Assembly (NCBI GenBank): GCA_052386895.1
Contig: JBQTJR010000020.1
Coordinates: 17,481-81,480, forward strand
Length of the DNA stretch: 64,000 nucleotides
Direction of reading: 5' to 3'
DNA from: Sphingosinicella sp.
GTDB taxonomy: Bacteria; Pseudomonadota; Alphaproteobacteria; Sphingomonadales; Sphingomonadaceae
Position numbers and translations under genes: made by a program. The notes beneath the pieces are model-generated. The model did no database searches. It had not been told where the DNA came from and worked only from the letters and a program-made list of their open reading frames with translations. How positions within the stretch are numbered: position 1 is the first letter of the stretch; each line of letters opens with the position of its first letter. Shown in pieces: positions 53,684 to 64,000 of this stretch.

Positions 53684-54764
53684 GGAAGGCGGCGGTCCAC
53701 GGCTTGCGGCTTAGCCAGCTGTTCGCGGAACCGCGAAGGGTGCAGCCTCGCCGACCCGCGACGACCTGGCCGATACGATGGACTTGCTCGCCGGCTCTGG
53801 CCAGCGCGTTTGCAACCTCATCTACATCCTCTGAACCGACCACCGCGACCATGCCGATGCCACCGTTGAAGGTGCGCGCCATTTCCTCCGGCGCAATGTG
53901 TCCCTGTGACTGGACGAAGGCGATGATTGGCGGTTGCGGCCAGGCAGCGGCGTCGATTTCGGCGTGGCAGCCTTCCGGCAACAGCCGAGGCACGTTTTCC
54001 AGTAGTCCGCCGCCGGTAATGTGCGCGAGAGCGCCGATTCTGTCCGTATGGATGATCGGTAGCAGCGAGTGAGCGTAGATTCGGGTCGGCTCCAGCAGCG
54101 CATCGACCAGCAATCTGTCTTTGTCGAACGGCGCCGGCCGGGTCAGCTTCCAACCTCGGTCGGCGGCAATTCGCCGTACCAGCGAATAACCATTCGAGTG
54201 CAGGCCCGAGGAAGCGAGACCGATTAGATTGTCTCCGGGACGCACCTTTTTTCCGGTCAGTTCACCGCCGCGCTCGACCGCGCCGACGCAGAAGCCGGCC
54301 AGGTCATAATCGCCCGGTCCGTAGAGGCCGGGCATTTCCGCGGTCTCGCCACCGATCAGTGCGCATCCCGCGCGCTTGCAGCCCTCGGCTATCGAGGCGA
54401 TCACTGCTTGTGCAATTGTTGGCTGCAGCTTCCCCGTTGCGAAATAATCGAGAAAGAAGAGTGGCTCCGCTCCATGCACCAGCAGATCGTTGGCGCACAT
54501 CGCCACAAGATCGATGCCTATGCCGTCATGACGATCATGCTCGATTGCGAGCTTGACCTTGGTGCCCACGCCGTCGTTGGCCGCGACCAGCAATGGATCT
54601 CGATAGCCGGCTGCTTTCGGGTCGAAGAAAGCCCCGAAACCGCCCAGTTCCACATCGGCGCCCCGTCTCGCGGTAGCGCGGGCGAACGGCGCGATCGCCT
54701 TCACCAGCCGATTGCCGGCGGCAATGTCGACGCCTGCCTCGGCATAGGTGCGGGCCTTGGCCAT
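53676..54764 (-). CDS. purM: Phosphoribosylformylglycinamidine cyclo-ligase
   Basis: [38 protein letters not shown]. Confidence 0.97.
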   Translation of the reverse strand: MAKARTYAEAGVDIAAGNRLVKAIAPFARATARRGADVELGGFGAFFDPKAAGYRDPLLVAANDGVGTKVKLAIEHDRHDGIGIDLVAMCANDLLVHGAEPLFFLDYFATGKLQPTIAQAVIASIAEGCKRAGCALIGGETAEMPGLYGPGDYDLAGFCVGAVERGGELTGKKVRPGDNLIGLASSGLHSNGYSLVRRIAADRGWKLTRPAPFDKDRLLVDALLEPTRIYAHSLLPIIHTDRIGALAHITGGGLLENVPRLLPEGCHAEIDAAAWPQPPIIAFVQSQGHIAPEEMARTFNGGIGMVAVVGSEDVDEVANALARAGEQVHRIGQVVAGRRGCTLRGSANSWLSRKPWTAAFHA

Positions 54765-54873
54765 GCCTGCCGCTTAGCCGTTTTTACAAGGCAGGGAAGG
54801 CCGCCCGGCCCGCATCGATGCGATGGCGACAAGGTGCTTGGATTCCCCCTTGTGAGCCGCCACAAGAGCCGGC

Positions 54874-56085
54874 GTGCCTCCGCTTTCGCGCCCCGTCGCG
54901 CTTCTTTCCTTGCTGGCATTTGTCCTGGCGGGCATCGGCCTTGGCCGGGGACAGCTCGATGGCGCCGATCGTGGAATTGCGCCGGTCGACAGCACCAGCA
55001 ATTTCGAGGTGCTCGGTATCGAGGTCGATATCGCCGCCGAAAATGCAGAGCGGGCGCGGCTCGAGGGTTGGCGCCGGGCCCAGCTACGCGGCTGGCAGCG
55101 GCTTTGGGCGAGGACTACCGGCCGGCCGGAATCGCAAGCACCGCGGCTTCCCGAAAACGTGCTCAACGGCATCGTCTCCGGCATCGTGGTTGAGCATGAG
55201 CAAATCGGTCCGCGCCGCTATATCGCCCGACTAGGCATATTGTTCGATCGTGCCCGCACCGGCCAGATGCTTGGCGTGTCCGGTCTCGTCCGGCGCTCCG
55301 CGCCGATCCTGGTGATCCCGGTCATGGTCACCGGATCGACCCCGTACAGCTTCGAGTTTCGCAATCCGTGGCAGCGGGCCTGGGCCACCTATCGTACAGC
55401 GGGCAGCCCAATCGATTACGTCCGGCCGATTGGCACCGGTATCGATCCGCTTTTGCTCAACTTTGCGCAGGCGCGTCGGCGCGGCCGCGGCTGGTGGCGT
55501 ATGATTCTCGATCAATATGGCGCGGCCGATATCCTGGTCGCCGAGCTACAGCTCAACCGTTTATACCCAGGCGGACCGGCGCTTGGCACGTTCGTTGCCC
55601 GTTCCGGTCCAGATGCGGTCGAACTAGGACGCTTCCAACTCCGCGCCGCGGACAGTGCCCAGCTCGCCTCGATGCTCACCGAAGGCGTGCGCCGGATGGA
55701 CGCGATCTTCACCCGCGCGCTCGACCTCGGCCTGCTCAGGCCCGATCCATCACTTGTGATCATCGCTCCGCCGCCGACCGAACCGCAAGAGGCGGACGAA
55801 GATGAGCAGGTTGCCGACGAGGCCAGTGCCGTCGCCGGCGGTCCGATCAACACCTTCCAGGTCCAGGTCGACACTCCCGACGCCGCCGCCGTCCAGCGCG
55901 CCGAGGTTTCGGTCAGCCGCATCGACGGCGTCACCTCGGCCATCACCACCAGCTTGGCCCTTGGCGGTAATTCGACGGTCCGGGTCACCTACATGGGCAG
56001 CGCCGCGTCGCTGGCCTCTGCGTTGCAGGCGCAGGGATGGCAGGTCCAATCGCTTGGCGGCGGCCGCCTACGGATTTCACGGTGA
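54874..56085 (+). CDS. Secreted protein, DUF2066-like with C-terminal HMA-like domain
   Basis: Signal peptide, acidic Pro-rich linker, small C-terminal alpha/beta domain; conserved position between purM and hdaA. Confidence 0.75.
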   Translation: MPPLSRPVALLSLLAFVLAGIGLGRGQLDGADRGIAPVDSTSNFEVLGIEVDIAAENAERARLEGWRRAQLRGWQRLWARTTGRPESQAPRLPENVLNGIVSGIVVEHEQIGPRRYIARLGILFDRARTGQMLGVSGLVRRSAPILVIPVMVTGSTPYSFEFRNPWQRAWATYRTAGSPIDYVRPIGTGIDPLLLNFAQARRRGRGWWRMILDQYGAADILVAELQLNRLYPGGPALGTFVARSGPDAVELGRFQLRAADSAQLASMLTEGVRRMDAIFTRALDLGLLRPDPSLVIIAPPPTEPQEADEDEQVADEASAVAGGPINTFQVQVDTPDAAAVQRAEVSVSRIDGVTSAITTSLALGGNSTVRVTYMGSAASLASALQAQGWQVQSLGGGRLRISR

Positions 56086-56720
56086 GCCAGAACGTCCTTC
56101 CGTTCGCCTGGCCGGTTGCCGACCGCGAGGAGGATTTTCTTATCACCGATTGCAACCGGCAAGCCTATGACCATCTGCGGCGTTGGGCCCTGTGGCCGGT
56201 GATGGCGACCGTGCTCACCGGGCCGCGCAAGTCCGGGCGTTCGCTGCTTGGCCGTATTTTCATCCGCAAAACGGGTGGCCGGCTGTTCGATCCGGCTGAT
56301 CGTCACGAAGAGGAAGAGTTGTTCCACGCCTGGAACGAAGCGCAGATCGCGCGCAAGCCGGTGTTGTTCATTGCGGGGCAATCACCCGCGGAATGGGATG
56401 TTGCGCTGCCGGACCTCAAGTCACGTTTGGCAGCGACCCCCTACGTCGCCATTACCGATCCCGACGACAATTTGATTGGACAGCTGATCGTCAAACAACT
56501 CGGTGACCGCGGCATCGCCGCGCCACCCGAGCTTGCCGCTTTTGTCGCGCCGCGGATCGAGCGAACCTATGTCGCCGCGCTCGCCGCGGTCGACATTCTC
56601 GATCGCGCGATCCTGACGCACCAAAAAAGGATGACCGTGCCGCTCGCCCGGCGGGCGCTCGAGGAAGCCGGGCTACTTCATGGCGCCGACGCAGACCCTG
56701 TCAGGCAAGAGTCGGACTGA
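56082..56720 (+). CDS. hdaA: HdaA/DnaA-related protein (regulatory inactivator of DnaA)
   Basis: N-terminal QNVLPF clamp-binding-like motif, GPRKSGRS, LFHAWN, LPDLKSRL. Confidence 0.8.
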   Translation: MSQNVLPFAWPVADREEDFLITDCNRQAYDHLRRWALWPVMATVLTGPRKSGRSLLGRIFIRKTGGRLFDPADRHEEEELFHAWNEAQIARKPVLFIAGQSPAEWDVALPDLKSRLAATPYVAITDPDDNLIGQLIVKQLGDRGIAAPPELAAFVAPRIERTYVAALAAVDILDRAILTHQKRMTVPLARRALEEAGLLHGADADPVRQESD

Positions 56721-56729
56721 ACGGCGGGA

Positions 56730-57026
56730 CTAACCGCAGGCGAAGCGTTCCACCCGGTGCGAATCGTCTAGATGCACGTTCAACCGATGCGGGTTGTAAT
56801 CCATCGTCACAATGTCGCCAGGGCGAATCCAGCGAAGCCGCGCCGCGCCGCTGCCCCGCAATACCTCCTCGCCGAGCTCGCGCGTGGCGGGCCGGCCGAC
56901 CAGACCGGAAAGGCGGTTGGTGGAACAACGACCGGCAGGATTCGGTCCATCGGTCGCAGGGGCCGGGGCACAGCCCAGCAAGAGGACGGTATTTGCAAGG
57001 CAACCGACCAGTCGACCAGCGCTCAT
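56730..57026 (-). CDS. I78 family peptidase inhibitor lipoprotein
   Basis: LLLGC lipobox; RWIRPGDIVTMDYNPHRLN...CG. Confidence 0.9.
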   Translation of the reverse strand: MSAGRLVGCLANTVLLLGCAPAPATDGPNPAGRCSTNRLSGLVGRPATRELGEEVLRGSGAARLRWIRPGDIVTMDYNPHRLNVHLDDSHRVERFACG

Positions 57027-58204
57027 ACAATCGTCTCGGGCTGGGTTCGGGTCATGGCAAGCTTGCCGTCGCGGATCGCGAAGGCCAGCCGGCCTTCGAC
57101 CAGGTCGAGCGCATCGCGTCCAAACTCTTCGAAGCGCCAGCCCTCGAGGATGGCAAGCCCCTCGCGGCGCCCGGCGGCCAGCATTTCGAGCTCTTCCGAG
57201 CGTGCCACCAGCCTCGGTGCGACATTGCTTTCGCGGGCGCGGATCTTGAGCAGCAGCTTCAGGAGATCGGCGACCAGTACGCCTTCGCGGCCAAGACCCG
57301 GGCCACGCTCTTCACGCGGAGGCATTTCCGCGGGCGTTAGGGGATCGGCGGTGTGCAGCGCCTCCATCATCCGGGCGCCGATATCGTTGCCGCGCCAGGC
57401 GCCGGAAAGCCCGCGCACCTGGCCAAGCGCATCCTGGTTTGCTGGCGGGTGCAGGGAAATGTCCGCCAGCGTCTCGTCCTTCATGATCCGACCGCGGGGC
57501 AGGTTTTTCGAGCGGGCCTCGAGTTCGCGCCAGGCGGCAAGTGCCTTCAGCCGACCCAATACGTCGGGCTTGCGGCTCTGGATCTTGACCTTTTTCCAGG
57601 CCTGGGCGGGATCGTTGACGTAAAAAGCCGGGTCCGAAAGCCTTTCCATTTCCTGGTCGAGCCATTCGCCACGTCCGGTGCGCCGCAGACGTTCGAGCAT
57701 CTTCGGAAACAATTCGGCGAGATGGGTGACGTCCCCGATCGCGTAATCGATCTGCCGGCGATCAAGCGGGCGGCGGGCCCAGTCGGTAAAGCGCGCGCCC
57801 TTGTCGAGACTGTGTCCCAACATCGATTCGACCAGGTTCGAATAACCCACCTGCTCGCCAAGCCCCAGCGCCATCGCCGCGACCTGGGTGTCGAACAAGG
57901 GCTGCGGCGTACCTCCGGTGAGATTGAAGATGATTTCGATGTCCTGACCGCCGGCGTGAAAGACCTTAAGCACGTGATGGTTGTTGACCAGCAGGTTAAG
58001 CAGCGGGCTAAGGTCGATGCCTTCGGCCTTGGGATCGATCGCCGCGGCTTCCTCGCCATTGGCCACCTGGAACAGGCAGAGATCAGGCCAGTAGGTGTTC
58101 TCCCGCATGAACTCGGTATCGACTGCGACGAAATCAGACCGGCCAAGGCGTTCGCAGAGCTTTTCGAGGGACTCGGTGTCGGTAACCAGCGGGTGAACAC
58201 GCAT
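57023..58204 (-). CDS. rnd: Ribonuclease D
   Basis: VDTEFMRENTYWP, FHAGGQD, FDTQ, DYAIGDV; HRDC domain. Confidence 0.96.
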   Translation of the reverse strand: MRVHPLVTDTESLEKLCERLGRSDFVAVDTEFMRENTYWPDLCLFQVANGEEAAAIDPKAEGIDLSPLLNLLVNNHHVLKVFHAGGQDIEIIFNLTGGTPQPLFDTQVAAMALGLGEQVGYSNLVESMLGHSLDKGARFTDWARRPLDRRQIDYAIGDVTHLAELFPKMLERLRRTGRGEWLDQEMERLSDPAFYVNDPAQAWKKVKIQSRKPDVLGRLKALAAWRELEARSKNLPRGRIMKDETLADISLHPPANQDALGQVRGLSGAWRGNDIGARMMEALHTADPLTPAEMPPREERGPGLGREGVLVADLLKLLLKIRARESNVAPRLVARSEELEMLAAGRREGLAILEGWRFEEFGRDALDLVEGRLAFAIRDGKLAMTRTQPETIV

Positions 58205-58305
58205 TGGCGGCTCTCATAGCGGCGGCTGCTCGCTTGACAAAGTATCGGTGCTGACGCGAAGCGCGGCCATCCCAGCCAACAGTCCGGAATCGAAAGCGAT
58301 CCTCG

Positions 58306-60120
58306 ATGCACGCCTATCGTACGCACATGTGCGGAGAACTCCGCGAAACGCATGTCGGCGAGCACGTGCGACTTTCCGGCTGGGTCCATCGCAAGCGCGA
58401 CCACGGCAATCTCCTGTTCGTCGATCTGCGCGATCATTACGGTCTTACTCAAATTGTCACCGACGTCGCCGATTCGGCTTTTCCCGCGCTTGAGGCCATT
58501 CGCGTCGAATCGGTGATCTCCGTCGAAGGCGACGTGATTCGCCGCGCGGCAGATGCGATCAATCCGCAACTCCCGACCGGCCAGGTCGAGGTCCGGGCAG
58601 CTGAGGTGGAACTGCTGTCGGCAGCGCAGGAGCTGCCGCTGCCGGTGTTCGGCGATCAGGAATATCCCGAGGAAATCCGACTACGCTACCGCTACCTCGA
58701 CCTGCGGAGGGAACGGCTCCACGCCAATATCATGCTACGCAGCCAGGTGATCGCGTCGATCCGGCGGCGGATGATCGAGCAGGGCTTCACCGAGTTCCAA
58801 ACTCCGATCCTCACCGCGTCCAGCCCCGAAGGCGCACGCGACTATCTCGTCCCGAGCCGGCTGCACCCGGGTAAATTCTACGCGCTCCCGCAGGCGCCGC
58901 AGATGTTCAAGCAACTGATCATGATCGCGGGTTTTGATCGCTATTACCAGATCGCTCCGTGCTTTCGAGACGAGGATGCCCGCGCCGACCGCTCTCCAGG
59001 CGAATTCTACCAGCTCGACTTCGAAATGAGCTTCGTCACTCAGGAAGACGTATTCGCGGCGATCGAGCCGGTGCTGCATGGCGTGTTCGAAGAATTCGCC
59101 GATGGCCGCACAGTAAGCCCGGCGCCGTTCCCGCGCTTTCCCTATGCCGAGGCGATGCTGAAATACGGCACCGACAAGCCTGATTTGCGCAATCCGCTGA
59201 TCATCCAAGACGTCTCCGGCCACTTCGTCGATAGCGGCTTCGGGCTGTTCGCGAAGATCGTTGGCAGCGGCGGCGTCGTGCGCGCGATTCCGGCGCCTGG
59301 CGCCGGAGCGCTAGCCCGCAGCTTCTTCGACGGGATGAACGAGTGGGCGCGCTCGGAAGGCCATGCCGGTCTGGGCTTTATCAACATCAAGCAAGGCGAA
59401 CCGGGTGGCCCGATCGCGAAGAACCTCGGCGAAGAAGCTGCGGCGCGGCTGATTGCCGAGCTTGGACTGCGGGCCGATGACGGCGTTTTCTTCGCCGCCG
59501 GCGAGAGTCAGACGGCGGCCCAGCTCGCCGGCGTTGCCCGCAACCGGGTGGCAGCCGAGCTGGGCCTCGTCGAGGAGAAGGCCTTCCGCTTCTGCTGGAT
59601 CGTCGATTTTCCGATGTTCGAATATGACGAGGAGCAAAAAAGGGTCGATTTCAGCCACAATCCGTTCTCGATGCCGCAGGGCGGGCTCGATGCCCTGCAA
59701 TCTCGCGATCCGCTGGAGATCCTCGCTTTCCAGTACGACATCGTCTGCAATGGGGTCGAGCTGTCCTCGGGCGCGATCCGCAATCATCGGCCTGACATCA
59801 TGTACAAAGCGTTCGAGATTGCCGGCTATTCGCGAGAGGACGTGGACCGCGATTTCTCAGGGATGATCAACGCGCTTAAATACGGCGCGCCGCCACATGG
59901 CGGCTCGGCGCCCGGAATCGACCGTATCGTCATGCTGCTCGCCGGCGAGCCGAACCTGCGCGAGGTCGTGCTCTTCCCGATGAACCAGCGAGCGGAGGAT
60001 CTGATGATGGCCGCACCGGGCGAAGTCAGCGGCCGGCAGCTGCGTGAACTGCACCTGCGGATAGTGCCCCCATCCGGGACAAGCGAAAAGGAGACGGCGC
60101 GCATCGTGGTGCCCGAGTGA
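58306..60120 (+). CDS. aspS: Aspartate-tRNA ligase (probably non-discriminating)
   Basis: [40 protein letters not shown]. Confidence 0.97.
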   Translation: MHAYRTHMCGELRETHVGEHVRLSGWVHRKRDHGNLLFVDLRDHYGLTQIVTDVADSAFPALEAIRVESVISVEGDVIRRAADAINPQLPTGQVEVRAAEVELLSAAQELPLPVFGDQEYPEEIRLRYRYLDLRRERLHANIMLRSQVIASIRRRMIEQGFTEFQTPILTASSPEGARDYLVPSRLHPGKFYALPQAPQMFKQLIMIAGFDRYYQIAPCFRDEDARADRSPGEFYQLDFEMSFVTQEDVFAAIEPVLHGVFEEFADGRTVSPAPFPRFPYAEAMLKYGTDKPDLRNPLIIQDVSGHFVDSGFGLFAKIVGSGGVVRAIPAPGAGALARSFFDGMNEWARSEGHAGLGFINIKQGEPGGPIAKNLGEEAAARLIAELGLRADDGVFFAAGESQTAAQLAGVARNRVAAELGLVEEKAFRFCWIVDFPMFEYDEEQKRVDFSHNPFSMPQGGLDALQSRDPLEILAFQYDIVCNGVELSSGAIRNHRPDIMYKAFEIAGYSREDVDRDFSGMINALKYGAPPHGGSAPGIDRIVMLLAGEPNLREVVLFPMNQRAEDLMMAAPGEVSGRQLRELHLRIVPPSGTSEKETARIVVPE

Positions 60121-60141
60121 ACGCGGTTATACGATGTCCCG

Positions 60142-60945
60142 ATGGCGATTGACCTACGTGATTACGAACATGGCCGGCCATTCGAGGGCGATTATGCGCT
60201 GGTTCTGGACTCGCTTCAGCGGCGCGCGTCGATGCTATTTGTTGCCAACCGAGTGCACCGGCGCAAGGCGATAATCCTGTTCGAAGGTTGGCCGGGGAGC
60301 GGCAAGGGAGGCGCGATGCAGCGCCTCACCGCCAGCTGCGACCCTCGCATCTTCAAGGCCTGGTCAATGGCCGCGCCACGCACGGAGGAGAGTGAACGCC
60401 ATCATTTATGGCCGTTCTGGCTGCGGCTGCCCGCCCCGGGTGAAATCACCCTGTTCGACCACAGCTGGTACCGACGGGTACTCGGCGACCGGTTCGCGGC
60501 GCGGGTGAGCGAGGAACAATGGCTGCGCGGGTTTGACGAGATCAATGAATTCGAAGCTTTGCTGGCCTCGGATGGCGTGGTGCTGATCAAGCTCTTTCTG
60601 CACGTCACGGCCGAGACACAGGAAACACGCCTGATCGATCGCCGCCAGCACCCCTGGAAGCGCTGGAAGACCGGCACGGCCCGCGGGGCCGACCGCGAAT
60701 CGGTGCTGGCGACCCTCAATGAGATGTTTGCCCAGACCGATACGCCGTGGGCACGCTGGACGGTGATCGACGCCAACGACAAGCCGGCGGCGCGAATCGC
60801 AGTGCTGCAGGCGGTGGTCGATCGCCTTGATGCCGAGTTACCAGCCGACCCGCCGACCTTGCCGTCGCCGACGACAGCGGCGCCACCGGCGTCACGTCCC
60901 GAAATGGAACAGTCGACACAACGCAAGTGGAGAGATTGGCGCTGA
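60142..60945 (+). CDS. Polyphosphate kinase 2 family protein with degenerate active-site motifs
   Basis: FEGWPGSGKGG, DPR, FDHSWY, INEFE, IKLFLHVT, PWKRWK, TDTPWARW. Confidence 0.88.
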   Translation: MAIDLRDYEHGRPFEGDYALVLDSLQRRASMLFVANRVHRRKAIILFEGWPGSGKGGAMQRLTASCDPRIFKAWSMAAPRTEESERHHLWPFWLRLPAPGEITLFDHSWYRRVLGDRFAARVSEEQWLRGFDEINEFEALLASDGVVLIKLFLHVTAETQETRLIDRRQHPWKRWKTGTARGADRESVLATLNEMFAQTDTPWARWTVIDANDKPAARIAVLQAVVDRLDAELPADPPTLPSPTTAAPPASRPEMEQSTQRKWRDWR

Positions 60946-60960
60946 CCGCGGCACCGTCAA

Positions 60961-61443
60961 TCAATCGGGATATGCGATCGCCAGCACTTCATATTCGCGC
61001 TCGCCTGCCGGCAGCTGGGCCTTTCTTACATCCCCGACCACGGCACCCCGGATCGCCCGAGCAAGCGGCGAATTCCAGCTGATCCGGCCGGCGGTGGCGT
61101 CGGCTTCGTCCTCGCCGACCAGCTCGAGCTCGAGCCGCCGGTTCTCTCCATCCGCCAGCATGACGCGCGCGCCGAATCGAATGCGGCTGCGGTCCGGCAG
61201 CTGCGCCGGCTCGACGATTCGGACCTCTTTGAGCCGCCGGGCGAGGTGATTGATGCGACGGTCGATCTCGCGCAGCCGCTTGCGCCCATAGTGATAGTCG
61301 GCATTTTCGGAGCGGTCGCCGTTCGCCGCCGCCCAGGCGATGGTTTCGAGCAAGGCCGGCCGCTCGACCGAGAACAGCGAATCATATTCCTCGCGCAGGC
61401 GCCGATAGCCGTCGCGCGTGATCGGTTCGGCCGATTCGCTCAT
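60961..61443 (-). CDS. greB: Transcription elongation factor GreB
   Basis: WAAANGDRSENADYHYGRKRLREIDRR, ISWNSPLARA. Confidence 0.94.
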   Translation of the reverse strand: MSESAEPITRDGYRRLREEYDSLFSVERPALLETIAWAAANGDRSENADYHYGRKRLREIDRRINHLARRLKEVRIVEPAQLPDRSRIRFGARVMLADGENRRLELELVGEDEADATAGRISWNSPLARAIRGAVVGDVRKAQLPAGEREYEVLAIAYPD

Positions 61444-61451
61444 CGCTTGCG

Positions 61452-63461
61452 CTAGATGGCTGGAACCGGATTGCCGAGATAGTAAGAAAGCCGCCGTCCC
61501 CCGCGGGGGCTGGCGGCGCGATTGGGATTGATCAGGTCGTAGACCACCGCATTTTCGAGCACACGCTGCACGTAATTGCGTGTCTCGAAGAAAGGAATCG
61601 CCTCGATCCAGTCGACCATCGGCACGCCGGCGCGCGGGTCGCCATTCTCGCGTATCCAGCGCAGCACGTTGCCGCTGCCGGCATTATAACTCGCCACCGC
61701 GAGCGGATAGTTGCCGCCCCATTCCTCTAGCAGCCGGCCAAAATAGGTCGAGCCAAGCAGCACGTTATAGTTCACATCGCTGGTCAGGCGGCCAAAATCG
61801 TAGGAGATACCGATACGGCGGGCGGTTTCGCGGGCGGTGCCAGGCATCAACTGCATCAGGCCGCGCGCGCCGGCCGGGCTCACCGCCTGCCTGTCGAACA
61901 GAGTCTCCTGTCGGGCAATGGCATGGACGATCGTCCATTGATGCTGCTGCGCCGCCGGCACCGCCACCTGGGGGAAGCCCCATTGGGCATAATCGAAATC
62001 GCCGTTGGAGCGGGCCCGGCGCGCGACCAGCACGCCCAGGTCGGGGCGGCCGATCGCTCGTCCGAGCTCGACCGCCAGCAGTCTTTCCTGGTCGCTCGTT
62101 ACCTGCTCGGCAAGGGTTCGCACAAACTCGCTTTGGTCGCGCCAGCTGCCAATCCGGCCGAGATAGATCATCGCCGCAACGATCGGCCGGTCTTCAAACG
62201 CCCGGCGTTCGATAGTGGAGGGCGCAACGACCATCACGTTCGATGGCGCCGATAGGCCGCGGCCAATTTGCTCGGCCGCGAGCTGACCATAGTATTGATC
62301 GTAATGTTCGGCCGCTTCCTCGAGATAGACACGCGCCTGCTCGGCCAGGCCGGCGCGTCGCGCCGCCCGCGCTGCCCAGTACAGGCCCTTGGTCCGGCTC
62401 TGCGGCGACTGCGAACCGCGGGCATAAAGCTCGAACATCGTCACCGCTGCCGCCGGGCGGCCGAGTCGTTCGAGCGCAGTCATCCCGGCCAGCCAAGTGA
62501 GGTTGGTATATTGGTCGCGTTCCGCGAATGTTTTGCGGCTGATGTCGGTGCCCTCGGGATAGATGCCATCCACTTGACGGGCGATGTCGTATGTCAGCGT
62601 CCATTGCCGGTCGTTCGCGGCGGCGCGGGCAATCGTTACCAGCGTCTCCATGAAGCGCGCCGGATTGCGGGCTGGCGCGGTCAGCCGGCGAGGCTGCGCC
62701 AACAGCAAGCGCGCCGCGAGCGGATCGCCACTGCTGCGCAGCCAGCGGACGCGGTCGATCAGCAAACCCGGATCGCCGCTGCCGGCGCCGCCCAAGGCAA
62801 ATAATCGTTGTGTCGCGTCGGGGGCGCGGGTCTGCAGCGCCAGCCGCGCCTCAAAGAAAGGGCGCCTCGCCGGCAAAGCCCAGCCAATGCTGCGCTGGGC
62901 CGACGCGGTGTCGCCATCAGCCAGCAGCTGCTCGAGGCGGCGGTCATGAACATCACTGTCCAACTCATCGCCGAACTGGCCGAGCAGCCGTTGTTCGTCC
63001 TCGAGCGGCATCACGCCGGCGTTCCAGGCCGCACGGGCAGCCGCGCGCGCTTCCTGCGGCCGGCCGAGCGCGAGCAAGGCGAAGGCATGCCTGGCCTGCC
63101 CGCTTGCGGTTAGGGGTGGATAGGCCTGGAAAAAGCGCACGATTTCGGCTGGTGAACTGTCCGGCTGAATGCGCCGCTCAGCCACGCGCCGAATCGCGTT
63201 TTCTCCGGGCCAGCCGCGATGCGAGTTCAGAAACTGGGCATAGCTTTCGAACGGGAAAGAATCGTTCTGGCGTAGGCTGTGCCAGCGGCTCACGCTGCCG
63301 GCGATTGCCGAAGACGGAAAGGTGGCCGTGCTCGACTGGCCAGCCAGCGGGATCAGGGTGGCGAGACTGATTGACGGCAGGCTTGGAGCCGCGGGGACGA
63401 GACGCGCGTCCAGGGTTGCGGCGCCAAGCAGGAAGAGGGCAGCGGATGCGCTTCGTTGCAT
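61452..63461 (-). CDS. Slt70-like soluble lytic transglycosylase
   Basis: Superhelical N-domain; IARQE(T), GLMQLMPGTA, SYNAG, IPFFETRNYV. Confidence 0.93.
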   Translation of the reverse strand: MQRSASAALFLLGAATLDARLVPAAPSLPSISLATLIPLAGQSSTATFPSSAIAGSVSRWHSLRQNDSFPFESYAQFLNSHRGWPGENAIRRVAERRIQPDSSPAEIVRFFQAYPPLTASGQARHAFALLALGRPQEARAAARAAWNAGVMPLEDEQRLLGQFGDELDSDVHDRRLEQLLADGDTASAQRSIGWALPARRPFFEARLALQTRAPDATQRLFALGGAGSGDPGLLIDRVRWLRSSGDPLAARLLLAQPRRLTAPARNPARFMETLVTIARAAANDRQWTLTYDIARQVDGIYPEGTDISRKTFAERDQYTNLTWLAGMTALERLGRPAAAVTMFELYARGSQSPQSRTKGLYWAARAARRAGLAEQARVYLEEAAEHYDQYYGQLAAEQIGRGLSAPSNVMVVAPSTIERRAFEDRPIVAAMIYLGRIGSWRDQSEFVRTLAEQVTSDQERLLAVELGRAIGRPDLGVLVARRARSNGDFDYAQWGFPQVAVPAAQQHQWTIVHAIARQETLFDRQAVSPAGARGLMQLMPGTARETARRIGISYDFGRLTSDVNYNVLLGSTYFGRLLEEWGGNYPLAVASYNAGSGNVLRWIRENGDPRAGVPMVDWIEAIPFFETRNYVQRVLENAVVYDLINPNRAASPRGGRRLSYYLGNPVPAI

Positions 63462-63533
63462 GCTGGACAGGTTGACGCCCCCCTCCTTATCAGTCTCTGA
63501 ACATTCCGCCCGGCAGCCAGTGTTTTTGCATCG

Positions 63534-64000
63534 ATGAAGGAACCAGCCCTGCTCCAAGGCTCCATCCCGGCGCTGGTGACGCCGTTCCGCCACGACATGT
63601 TCGATGAAGCGGCTTACCGCAATTTTGTCTCTTGGCAAATAAGCGAAGGGAGTCATGGGCTTGTCCCGTGCGGCACGACAGGCGAGGGCGTGACGCTCAA
63701 GGATAGCGAACATCGCCGCGCAATCGAGATCTGCGTCGAACTGGCGGACGGCCATCTACCGGTGATCGCCGGATGCGGATCCAACGATACCGCTCGGGCC
63801 ATTGCGCTGACTCAAGGGGCGAAGGAGGCGGGGGCCGATTATGCCCTGCACGTCCCGCCTTATTACAATCGCCCCAACCAAGAGGGTATTTATGCCCACC
63901 TGGCGAGGATCGCCGAAGCCGTTGATCTGCCGATCGTCCTCTACAACGTGCCGTCGCGGACCATCACCGACATCGCTGTCGAAACCATGGCCCGGCTCGC
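63534..64000 (+). CDS. dapA: 4-hydroxy-tetrahydrodipicolinate synthase (5' part; runs off the window)
   Basis: Hand translation MKEPALLQGSIPALVTPF...CGTTGE...PPYYNRPNQEG...LYNVPSRT. Confidence 0.95.
   Translation, partial: MKEPALLQGSIPALVTPFRHDMFDEAAYRNFVSWQISEGSHGLVPCGTTGEGVTLKDSEHRRAIEICVELADGHLPVIAGCGSNDTARAIALTQGAKEAGADYALHVPPYYNRPNQEGIYAHLARIAEAVDLPIVLYNVPSRTITDIAVETMARL

Overview
GC-rich alphaproteobacterial chromosome segment. Gene content and order (chvI-chvG-hprK-rapZ-EIIA-HPr beside pckA; lptD-surA-pdxA-rsmA; purM-purN-hdaA; recR-def/fmt-truA) suggest Sphingomonadaceae. About 65 genes, mostly core; no rRNA, tRNA, CRISPR or IS element recognised. The main accessory element is a 17.5 kb exosortase A (PEP-CTERM) exopolysaccharide locus (7450-24951). 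It contains an ACP / adenylating ligase / fold-III PLP decarboxylase / GNAT / two alpha-beta hydrolase module that resembles the ACP-bound amino-acyl pathways of vicenistatin and butirosin, and its exosortase has no EpsI domain. Also notable: a multi-TM CadC/ToxR-like regulator with an 11-bp phased repeat operator, an hppD-DSD1-JmjC gene string, a LexA box before rmuC, a degenerate PPK2, pdxA without a canonical start codon, an internally deleted APC permease, and an MpaB/DUF2236 gene interrupted by TAG. All family calls are by motif recognition and recall; no database search was run.
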